A stretch of DNA of 64,000 nucleotides from Glycera tridactyla (Eukaryota): contig OZ286471.1 of the NCBI GenBank assembly GCA_965644265.1, forward strand, positions 49,414,001-49,478,000, in the 5' to 3' direction. The notes under the pieces were generated by a model that was not told the origin of the DNA, made no database searches, and saw nothing but the letters and a program-made list of their open reading frames with translations. Made by a program: the position numbers and the translations under genes. Below are positions 43,901-56,200 of the stretch, piece by piece; position 1 is the first letter of the stretch, and each line of letters opens with the position of its first letter.

Positions 43901-46900
43901 TTGATATCTCTTACTTATACGAAAAATGTCAAGATATGGTGCAAATGCCAATTGTGTTAAATGGTTCACAAGTTATCTAAAGGATCGAATGTGTACTGTC
44001 AAGGTTAATGGAGTAACATCAGGTGAAAGGGGTATAGCATGTGGCGTTCCGCAAGGGTCCATATTGGGTCCCCTTTTGTTCTCAATATATGTTAATGATT
44101 TTACACACTACATGAGAGGACCCAGTGTGAACCTATTTGCGGACGACACTGCAATCCTAGTCTCAGACAGGACCCCTGAACGACTACAAGGAAAATTAGA
44201 AAATGCACTTTCAATAGCTAGCAAATGGTTAAATAGAAACAAACTTAGTCTCAATATCAAAAAGACACAAGTTATGGTATTTGGATCAAGACAGCAAGTT
44301 CGTCGTTGCAAGCTTAATGTTACTCTAAATGATGTAAATATCAATCAAACAAAAACCTTTAAGTATTTGGGAATAATATTAGATGAAACTCTCAGCTTTG
44401 CTGATCATGCAGAATATATCAGAGCAAAAACTGCAGGAAGGGTGAGTGTGCTGGGCAGGCTCAGGGGTGTTCTCAGTAAAGAAACATCCCTGATGCTGTA
44501 CAGGACACTCATCCTGCCAGTATTTGATTACTGTGATATTGTTTATGACAGTCTGGGAATGGTAGCTGCAAGTAAATTACAAAAAGTTCAAAATAAAGCG
44601 TTCAGGATAGTCACTAAATCTGAAAGATATACTCGAACATCTCAGATTCATAGTGAACTACATATGCCATTCCTGGACTGTCGTAGACAATATCACACAC
44701 TGATACATGTTAATAAAATTTTGAATGGTTCACTACCTGTACAATATACTCCATTATGTACTTACATAGAACCTATACACTCCTACAGTACACGACTAAA
44801 TGAAAAACCATATGTTAATGCTGTACGACCCATGCTCAGGATTGCTGAGGGATCCTTTGCATATAGAGGTGGAAAACTTTGGAATGAGTATGTAAGTCAG
44901 CCTGATGGTTTCGAAAGTACTGTCCCAAAATTATTTAAAGAAAAACTGAAATCATTTATACACTTTAGTAACATGTAAGAACAAGTCTCCATCTAATAAA
45001 ATGAAGCCCTGTTGAACTCTCGAATATATTTCCGGAGCTTTGAATATTGTTTGATTCACTTGTAGAATCTGAATTTATTCTCATCTGGAGTTCACAAATT
45101 CACATAAGCATGGGCTAAAATTTTTAGTCGGTGCAAACATAACAAACTTTCTTTGAGGGCATGATCATTTTTTTTTTTTTTTTATTATTATTTACTTTAT
45201 TAGCAAATCATTTACATCATTGTAATCATCAATACATCATACATATTTACATTGACTTGAATCACTCATTGCATTGACTCATGAACAGTAACTGTTTCGA
45301 ATTGTTTATTTACATATATCGTTGACGCAGCATGAACATGATTTATTTTTGCACCGAAATTCGTCAATATGGGAACGCTATTACTTTGATGGCATAATAT
45401 TACACTGTATACTGTATATTATACGTTGTAAGCCTGACGAATCAAAATAAAGAAATAAATCAAATCAAATCTCTTGAAAGTCAAACATCCAACCAGTAAA
45501 GCTATCACATTCATCATTTTGTACTAGAAGCAGAAATTTGGTGAGATCAAATATCAGACTAGCAAGTTCATGCAACTTTTGAGTTCTCTCCAAACTGCAT
45601 TAAGTGCTTGAGTATGTAGACTGCAAGAAGTCCCTACTGACATCTTTTCCCACTCTTATCATTGTGAATGTATTTGAGGGAAGGCATGTACCAAACGCTG
45701 ACACTGTGATGCGTTTCATGAAGCTTATTTTAATGAAGAAAATGACTTCATTTATGTATGATACCTCATCCTGCATGATCAGAAATGAGTTATATTTTGT
45801 CACTATTCTGTTTAATACTGCAAGAGTTGATAATTGATGATCTACTTGCGACTGAGTGCCAAAGTACATGTTTGCTTAAAACGTTCAATTGGCTGTATTG
45901 AAATGAGCATCCACCAAAATACAATGATGATGAGAAAAAGGAAAATAATGGTCATTACCGCTAGTGAGAAAAATTGAGGTACTTTGATTTAGACGTTTGC
46001 TATTTGATATGCAAAATGATGACTGTTTTGCTGTCAGGATTTCTGTCTCATTTTATGACATAAGATGAAGAGTACATGCAATGGTGATTCCTATCTGAAG
46101 TATAATCGTCATCCCAATGTTGGTGTGTCATCAGTGTGTCCTTGATTCAATATATTTGATCTAATGGCAACCAACATACATGTACCTCATGAAAATGTTT
46201 CTCTAGGATCATACACCCCTATGTGTAGCAACAATATCAGATGATCCACTCTTGTGAATTAATCCATCCTTTCCTCCGATTTTGCCTAGTTCAATACCTA
46301 GTCTATGGGAGTGCTTATTTAAACCTAGCCCCTGCTCAGCATAGGCATGACCTGTGACTATGGGTAAGCTGCACACAGCTCATCATGACCTGGATATGTA
46401 CACAGGAGCTGATAACATTTTTGTATCTGTCCCACTAGTGGTGAACAACTGCAGTTGCATCATCAGTGGCTTCACAGTAAATGATAATTGCACAAGGCTA
46501 AAAAACGATGAATCAAATGATTCCCTTCACAACGTACATAGAATCATGGTTTGGATAGAAATACTTGACAGTCTTTCATTCCTCTCTGTCTTTTCACTGG
46601 TGATAGAACCTACACCAATATTGAGAGTGAATTAAAACTAATTTGGCAAAATCTATTTCCTTGTTATATCAGAGGTGGAGCCTCCAGTTACAGCCACACC
46701 AAAGCCATCCAGGTGTCAGTATTATGAGATGCAGTGTGACAATGGGAACTGTGTTGATGAACGACGGAAGTGTGATGGACAGGATGACTGTGGGGACGGC
46801 AGTGATGAGAGGGACTGTGGTGAGCAACACTAGTTAAGTTGTTGGTCTCAGCAAGATTTCATCATAAATAGTAATGCATGATTGATCTCCTATTTTTGTG

Positions 46901-49900
46901 TGGTATCATCATTCTGAAGATGCAATCTTATGAAATCAGATCCCTTCTGAATGACCCGAAAGTTGGTACAATTTTTATCTATCCAAAATAATATTTGAGA
47001 GATGTGGATGATGCTGCATATATTGTTACATGCACAGATAGATCTACCTTTCTGCTGTTAATGTACAACAGACCAACAATTGTGGACAATCTGAAGCAAG
47101 ACTGGCTGTCAGCATATCATCTACAATCTGTGGATATACCCCAAGCTTGTCATTTGCTCGTAGAGGTTTTCATCTACAACCAGTGGACATACCCCAAGCT
47201 GGTCCTCTGCTTGTTTAGGATTTCACACTTATCACTTAGACTGGCAAAAGTATGATGCACCATCTTGATCAGATATCCAGTGATCTTACATGAATCCATT
47301 CTGCTGGTGTTTCTATATATAATATGCATAAGATTGACAGATTGCTGACGATTTTGTGGCAGCCAAACTTTGTTCTGATGTGCCCATTGACTATATAAGA
47401 AGATATGGAAATTAGTTTTTGATATGGACCACTTTTTCTCAAACAATCCTTTTCCTGGTAATCATATGTTAGGCCTAGATAAGCATCACATGCCAAGCCA
47501 GACCTCCAGGCTTGACAGTAATGCATGAAGGATATTCATGGTGGCCACAGCCTCATCTTGAGGTGATACCTCTTGTTATCTGACATAGGTATAGAACCGA
47601 CAGAAGGACCACAGTGTCAGTATTATGAGATGAGATGTGATAACGGCAACTGTGTTGATGAACGGCAGAAATGTGATGGACAGGACAACTGCGGGGATGG
47701 CAGTGATGAGAGGGACTGTGGTGAGGCTCGTTAGTTAAGATGTATTATCTGATAAAGATGACATCTTTGGGGTTAATGCATGGTTCAATTGAATCAATCA
47801 GCACCCATCGTCAATTCGACCAAACTTTTTGATTTGAGAGCTAATGCATGCCAATGTTTTGTAGTCATGCAGATGAATATAGAAGTTGGCGTTAATGGAT
47901 TTTGTTTCTATTCCAATTGATCATAATGCATTGGCTATATGCCAAAGTGTTGAGTAGTAGCTTAACAGTAACTTCATTTTTGGTAATTTTGACTAACTCA
48001 AGACAAGAGATACGTAATTTGGTTTGTTCACTAAGATCCACTTACAGCTGGTTTCATCACAAGTGATTAATCTTCACTTCTTGAGGTTCCTGGGAGACAT
48101 ATAGACATCCAATGTGTACATTTTTTTTTCAAATTCTGTTATTTGATTTCATAGCAGTTGAAGTCTATTAGAATCTGGTGAATGTTTCATGGATTTGTCT
48201 CTCTCAAAACCCTCTATCACTATGCCAATCATGACCATTCTGGACATTCAATGGTATTTTGAATAGCTTCCAGTGTTTCTGTTGTGTTCAGATAAGTGAT
48301 ATGTTCTGCTATTTCATTAGGAGTGGAACCCCCAGTTACACCAACACCCAAGCCATCTAGGTGTCAGTATTATGAAATGCAGTGTGACAATGGCAACTGT
48401 GTTGATGAACGACGGAAATGTGATGGACAAGACGACTGTGGGGATGGCAGTGATGAGAGGGACTGTGGTGAGCAACACTATTTAACAATAATATTCAAGT
48501 CAAGCTTCTCATGATTGTTTCCTGGTTGTCTGAAGCAGTCTGGCATGTTATGATTTACAATCCAACAGACTCTCATCAAGACAGATCCATGCTCACATGC
48601 AGATACTTGGACACACACATTTGCATTCATCAGTGTGAAGCTCCTCTGCTGCATTTGTGACTCCTGAAAACATGGGAGCATACACAACCACAATATGCAA
48701 TGTCTGCTTCTGAAGAAGATCGCTCATGTGACATATTCGATGTTGTTTATATATATATAAGACTGTGCATGCTTCATAGACAAATCGGTGCAAGGTTGTG
48801 ACAATAGCTGCAGTCGATAACTGAATATTTTGATTGAGCGATCTTCAGACTTGATGCATTTCAGCAAGCTTGAGTGTCAGCTTTTTATACAGTTACTCTG
48901 TTAGATATGCCATCACTAGCTTTATTCAGATTCAGGCCAGGTATATAAAGGTTTGTTGTTCCTGATTTGTGAGAGTGATGCCTAGAGGGGACAGAACATT
49001 CAATTTTCATCGAACAAGATCATGCAGCATAAAAAGTCCTTTCACATGGCACTGATCCCCCAAACAAACAAACAAATCCTATGGCCAATTATACCCTGCC
49101 CTCCTCATCAATCAGTGTTCTGTATACACCATTTCATATATTTGTTGAAATTGCTTTATACAAAAAATACACACTGAAAGACTGTGAATTTACTGAGCAA
49201 CCAACAATCCTGATTTAATGCTCAATTAACTAAATGTTGACAACAAATTAGAACTAATTTGGCAAAATCTATTTCCTTATTATGCTAGAAGTGGAGCCTC
49301 CTGTTACACCTACACCAGAGCCATCCAGGTGTCAGTACTATGAGATGCAGTGTGACAATGGTAACTGTGTTGATGAACGGAGGAAATGTGATGGACAGGA
49401 TGACTGTGGAGATGGCAGTGATGAGAGGAACTGTGGTGAGCAACACTAGTTAAGGTTGATTTGTTAGTTGAGCATTATACTATGATTTAAAGTCTCTCCC
49501 CAGCAACATACTTCCTATTCATATATTCCTATTCTATACTCAGTTATCTGTGGTGTGTCAGAACACTATCATTTTCACATGATTATCTTGGTTTTCACCA
49601 TCATCTTGTTTTCTAGGTTTGTGCAAGTGACACTTGTAGGGAGCATAGCATCCAGGTATCATAGATCCTGAACTCTATGGGATGCGGGATGCTCGCGATT
49701 TCTCCATCATCGCCCGCGCTCCATTGGTATCACTGTGGGAACGAAAACGCGAAATCCCGCGATCGAATTTAGCGAGTGCGCGAAGAGAAATCGAGAAATA
49801 TGCGGAAAACGTATAGTTATTTCGTCAAATTCGAGCGATATTCGGCCATCTTGATTGAGATGCGCAGTTTTCTGCTGGGTGACTCATGAATACGTCTTCT

Positions 49901-52900
49901 GCGCATGTTGTTTTCGCGTAAGTTCCCGATAATTCCGTGGTGTGGCGCTGTTCGTGTCTTGGACGAGCTGATCGCAGCGCCACTTGGCACCTGGTGTTAT
50001 TAATGCGAACTGTCGGCAGCTTCGTTTTGGCGCGAAAATTTGAATGCTAGTATGGTGAACATGTCAGATTGACTAAGTACCCAGTCAGTGAGCGGGGTTA
50101 TTCGAATGATAGTCAAACCTGCTCAAACCACCTTCCCTAAAAGACAACCTTCCTACTAAAACCACTTTTTTTACCCAAGATTCAACATATTTTTTCTAAT
50201 CAAATTTTATTTGATTTCTATTTGAATTGGCTTTAGTGTTGTACAATTTATTGTCATAATACCACTTCTAGATATTGAAAAATGTTCCTGAAAATTGGAA
50301 ATGAAGATCCCCCCATAAGTCAGTTCCCCCTCATCTCAGAAGTCTGGGGGGGAATTCCCCCTCCGGGAAAAAATCCTGGAAGCATCTCTGCATAGTTCAC
50401 ATCCCTGCAATTTGCCGTGATGAAATATTGTGATGAGGATGACCTCAAGCATCAGGATGTAGCATGATCACGACATATTATGATGAGACTGTTTGCCGAA
50501 TGAAGCTGGAACTGAGACTCCGAGCATGAACAGATTTGGATCAAAGATTCAGCAGGTCATAGAAATATTCCTTGATGGAAGATGAGACTGAATGGTGTCA
50601 GGAGAATGGGTGTATTATGTCCTTGCTTTCAGAAGCAACCAATTGTTCATTTCTGCTTGTCATGAGGCCCAATTTCTCTATCTGAATGATCTTCTACAGA
50701 CTTTAAAAAACTTTTTTAGCATGATAAGTTGATGACAATAATTTTTCTACTACTATATCAGGAGTGGTGCCAACAGCCCCGCCAACTCCAAAGCCATCTG
50801 AGTGTCAGTACTATGAAATGCAGTGTGACAATGGGAACTGTGTTGATGAACGACGGAAATGTGATGGACAAGATGACTGTGGGGACGGCAGTGATGAGAG
50901 GGACTGTGGTGAGCAAAATTAGTTAAGGGTCATCAGTTAGTTAAGCATCATGTTGTTTGTCTAAAGCAATAATGCACACTTGAATCGAATCAGACATCCA
51001 GTTGATGACATGATTCACATGTAAAGGCAATATGTGTGCATATNNNNNNNNNNNNNNNNNNNNNNNNNNNNNNNNNNNNNNNNNNNNNNNNNNNNNNNNN
51101 NNNNNNNNNNNNNNNNNNNNNNNNNNNNNNNNNNNNNNNNNNNNNNNNNNNNNNNNNNNNNNNNNNNNNNNNNNNNNAAGTCAAACCTACTCTAGTGGTC
51201 ACCGCCATACACTTGCTTACAGAAAGCACCCGGCCATGAGTTATTCTGTGTGGTGGCTAATTGAATGGCAAAGTTGACTATGTAGGGGTTGGGTACATTT
51301 ATTCAGTAGATGATGTTGTAATCATCCCCTCCATATAGTGTCTGACATGTATTCAAATTTCAAGGAAGACTGTATGCACATTAGACAAATAATGATAGCA
51401 TACCATTGCTCTTAATTACTTCATTTACATGTGCATTACCATGCGCTCTGATCATGCACACCAGTGATGCCTGCAAGCAACAGAATATCCAACCTTCATA
51501 GATCAGGTTTACTTACTCATGCAGATATTTGGACAATCAAATTTGCTCATCATATCCAGTTCAAGAAGTGAGAACATTTTTGTGTAGATTGAAAAACAGT
51601 TGATTATTGGACCTACCGAATCAGTTTCCAAGTGTGATGTTCAGTTCTCGATGAAAGAGAACATGTTTTTGTTGGTATGTCAGAAGTGGGACCAACTATT
51701 CCACCAACTCCAGAGCCATCCAGGTGTCAGTATTATGAAATGCAGTGTGACAATGGGAACTGTGTTGATGAACGGCGGAAATGTGATGGACAGGACAACT
51801 GTGGGGACGGCAGTGATGAGAGGAACTGTGGTGAGCAACACTCGTTAAGGTCACATGATTTACTAGAAAAATCATCATCCTGTGCCTAATCGATTTTGAT
51901 TGTGACGATAAGACACCCAGCACCCCATGAGCATCCTCTTCACCCACATAGCTATTGCTACCATCACCACCACAATCTGCCATAATCATGATCTACTGCA
52001 TGGCGAAAATACCTAGCACTATGATGCCAACACCATGAAAGAAAACCAACTATTTACTTGAACCTAAGTATCTACATTTTATCCTCACTATTGCCATAAA
52101 CCCTCTAGGGGGGTTAGAGATGACACCTTAAATGTCTTTGAATTTAGAAAAATGTCCCCTTCTGTTGGGGACCCAGACAGATTAGCCTTGTATAATCTCA
52201 CCCCTGCCCATTTTATGGGTGTCTCAATATGGCTCAGATGACACTCATGAGATATAGAAAATGAACAACCAACCAACCATGGCTTACCCTAACCCTGCAC
52301 CTAACCACCATTCTTCATCCAGCATCGGACTCAGACATCACAAATTAGTCATCATTCACCTACCTCCATTCCATGACCAACCATACCATACATATCTGTT
52401 ACCACCACAAGCACAATTCACCACCCCTACCACCACCCACATACCATATGGGCAAATTTCATCCTACCCTGTCTCTCACTCACCACTTCACCATTCATCT
52501 CAATTGATAGAGATCTGCTCAAAGAAACACCTGCCTTATTCTCTGCACCAAAACATGACATATCTCATGAAATTTCACTCATATGTATGCCTGATACTGA
52601 TGCATATATATCTATCAAAACTATCAGTATTTGTACATATGATACAAGCATTCCACATGCTGCGAATTTTATTCTTCCCTGGCGCAGAGGTGGAACCTAC
52701 ACCCTCACCAACACCAGCCCCAACGCCACCACCAGGCCCAACAGAATGTCAGTATTATGAGATGCAGTGTGACAATGGGAACTGTGTTGATGAACGGCGG
52801 AAATGTGATGGACAGGATGACTGTGGAGACGGCAGTGATGAAAGGAACTGTGGTGAGCAATTCTAGTTAAGATCTTGTCTAGTCAAGATTGCTTCAAGGT

Positions 52901-53229
52901 TGTGGAAAATCCATTTGTGGGATTATATTCCCAACGTCATCGCAATATAGTGATACAAAATCACATCACTGATACAAGTGCACTCTACAAATACCTGTCT
53001 ATCCTATTTATCACTTGTTATACTCCTGCCCAAACAAAGTTTGGAAGGGGGTTCAGAAAAAAAGAGGTTTTTGGATCTGTGTGTTTGGTTGTATGTAACT
53101 TTGTAATTCTTTGAGACGTCCAAAATGGACAACAATCGGTAAGGTGTAAGGACTCTCACACCCCCTTGGCTTTCTTTCAATGTTATGTGAGATTCTTTGG
53201 TAATAGACAATGCCTTCCCATTGCACACA

Positions 53230-53266
<37 letters not shown>

Positions 53267-56200
53267 CCCCCTCACTCACACGCATGCACACACATAGTCA
53301 AACCTGCCAGAGAGACTGCCTCTCTATGAAGGTCACCCTGAGCTGCGACTGTGATAGTATTTTCACCGGTGAATGCCACCTGTCTATGAAGGCCACTTTT
53401 TGGTGTGACCAAAGGTAGTCTTATCACAGATTGGTCTGCACCTTGGCCATATTGCGTACATTCCTAGTGTCAATATGGCGACAGGCATATTTTCAGTCAC
53501 ATCTGACAAAGCTGTAGTTTCCTCAGCAAATACATGCAGGCATGGCATGGGTACACAAATCCTTTGAAAAGATGGCAAATCAGAAGCCCTACACTGAATG
53601 GGACTGCATTTAAACAGACTGGAATCATCAGTTGTATCACACTCCAGTCTACATAATGTAAACAAATGGAATGAATAGGGTATACAAGATGAGTGCAACA
53701 TTCAATGAAATTCATCCATTTCTGCTGAATGTATGAACATCCTCACTAGTGAATTGGATGATAATACTCGGTGGAGAGATTGGTCAAATGTGTATCATCA
53801 ATGGTAGCATAAGTCTGAGCTCCATCTTTTAAGTCGCATCCTACTCTTGTGACAGGAGAGCCACCTATTGAACCATCAACACCAGCACCAAGTTGTCAGT
53901 ACTATGAGATGCAGTGTGACAATGGGAACTGTGTTGATGAACGTCGAGCATGTGATGGGCAGGATGACTGTGGAGATGGCAGTGATGAGAGGGGCTGTGG
54001 TGAGCAATGCTTTCCAGGTTCTAGCACCACCAGCAAATATGTTTCATTCACACCCTTGAAAATCGAAAAAATATGATCNNNNNNNNNNNNNNNNNNNNNN
54101 NNNNNNNNNNNNNNNNNNNNNNNNNNNNNNNNNNNNNNNNNNNNNNNNNNNNNNNNNNNNNNNNNNNNNNNNNNNNNNNNNNNNNNNNNNNNNNNNNNNN
54201 NNNNNNNNNNNNNNNNNNNNNNNNNNNNNNNNNNNNNNNNNNNNNNNNNNNNNNNNNNNNNNNNNNNNNNNNNNNNNNNNNNNNNNNNNNNNNNNNNNNN
54301 NNNNNNNNNNNNNNNNTATACGTGCTCTACACATGATGGAATGCTATTAGACTTATCTGTAAACCAAAGTCATTCAATTCACTAACTCATGAAGAACTAA
54401 ATTTCTCAATCAATAGTCCTCAGCGATATCCCAGATTTGCAGAATCTGGTATTTAAATGAAATATCATATTTTGCCTTCATGAAACAATGGTGAAAATTT
54501 ATATTGTATCAGATGGAGAGCCAACAGAAGGGCCACAATGTCAGTACTATGAGATGAGATGTGATAATGGATTTTGTATCGATGAGCGTCGAAAATGTGA
54601 TGGAAGTGATGACTGTGGTGATGGCAGCGATGAACAGGACTGCCGTAAGCAATACTAGTTAAGACTGATGTATCTGAATCTGGAATCTTTTGTTTAGATG
54701 ATTGGTGTAAGCAACATTCAGAGAAAGTTAGTATTTGCGAACAAGAAATTCGAATACGCAATAGATCAGTCTACTCTGTGTGAAATATATGTTAGCCAGT
54801 AGATTCCTCTTCTTACTAAACAGGCAAGCTGATTTCCATGAAATATGAATAAATTACTATATTTTGGCTTTTTTTTTCATTCATACTGTTTCCTCAAAGA
54901 AATTTTATTTTTGATGAAGCATTCAAAGCAGATCATAATTGTTCAATATCCACCCATTATTTCACCTATCTGGTGGTACGGGGGCAGACGAATCACTGCG
55001 TAAGGGTTCTAATCATGGTTTTCGCTAAGTAGGTGTCCTTGATATGGGACAAGTGATGACCACAAAAACCCAACAGTCACAAAAGCTGATTGCAACTTGA
55101 GGCATGGGCTCAATTCTGACATGAGATAGAGAGAAAGCCCATATCCTTTTCGTGCAAACCCAGAATAAGACACACAAAATGGGATTATGAATTGAGTTTG
55201 TCAAAGTTGATGTCAGGAGAGACAAGGTTTGGCCAGGATTGACCATTTTGCTATGCACAGTGTCAGGGTTTTCATGCTCCTTGCTTGTTCCGCATTAGAA
55301 CCCATATGTATTGATTCACCTGCCAATGGACAGATGGGAATGATGGGTAGGAATTAAGCTAGTAGAAACTATTCAGTGCTATTGTGAGAACTGCAAGGCT
55401 TTCCACTACTAAGAGCTGAATCAAAACATGCTACATGTGAATTTAAATCCTGATGAGAACAATTATCACACCGCATAATGCTCATATCATGATGTGGATG
55501 TACTATACATACCAGCTGGACGAACCACTCCAACACCAACAGTTGAATGTGAATGGTATGAGGTACCATGTAACAATGGGAAATGCATCGACAGCCGACA
55601 AGAATGTGATGGAAACGATGATTGTGGTGATGGCACAGATGAGAGCAACTGTGGTGAGCAGCAATCAATTGTTACTATCAGTCAAGTAAAAATGCAAACA
55701 CTCATTACCTTTCTTAAACTGAGCTGCTTCATGCTGCCTTGAATCTCTTGAGAGACTCAGGTATGTAAATGACTATCAATAGCAGTTATTGCTGAAAAAT
55801 GTCTACGAACTTTCTATTTGGAGATAAAAAAAATGCATACAACATACCATAAAAGCACTATGACTATCAATGATTGTATTTATGAGTGATGGAAGTGCTG
55901 ACAAGGTATAGTGGTGAAAACATACTCTGATTGGCTGTCAGGTCATGGGCATCATTTTTGGGAGATGCCAAACTTTGTAATGGTCTCACATTGCATCACT
56001 ATTATGAAGAAAACCACTATGAATTTGCCAGAAGTTCACTCCATCATTATAATCAATACATTTTTTTAAAACAAAACAGACTCATTTTATACACCCATGA
56101 GATATCAAATCTCTGCTGATGTCGATCCTCATGATTGATGCCAATCCTCGTATCATCGTTCTGCTCCAAAATGATATATGTCAATTATGGATATTTCTGA

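Larger units (their letters stand above)
43283..45603. mobile_element. Non-autonomous TTAA-flanked DNA element (about 0.75 kb without the nested LINE)
   Basis: Termini TTAATGCA (43283-43290) and TGCATTAA (45596-45603); internal CCATGG(C/T)AACC-type motifs; sequence reads through GATATCTCTT/GAAAGTC when the LINE is removed. The TIR is short. Confidence 0.55.

Noticed and set aside
46673-54644. CRISPR-like or prokaryotic repeat array
   Set aside because: The repeats are spliceosomal coding exons separated by kb-scale introns.
54965-55030. tRNA-like A/B boxes (similar weak hits near 3857-3960 and 7222-7245)
   Set aside because: No cloverleaf; at most decayed SINE heads, which are not supportable by eye.
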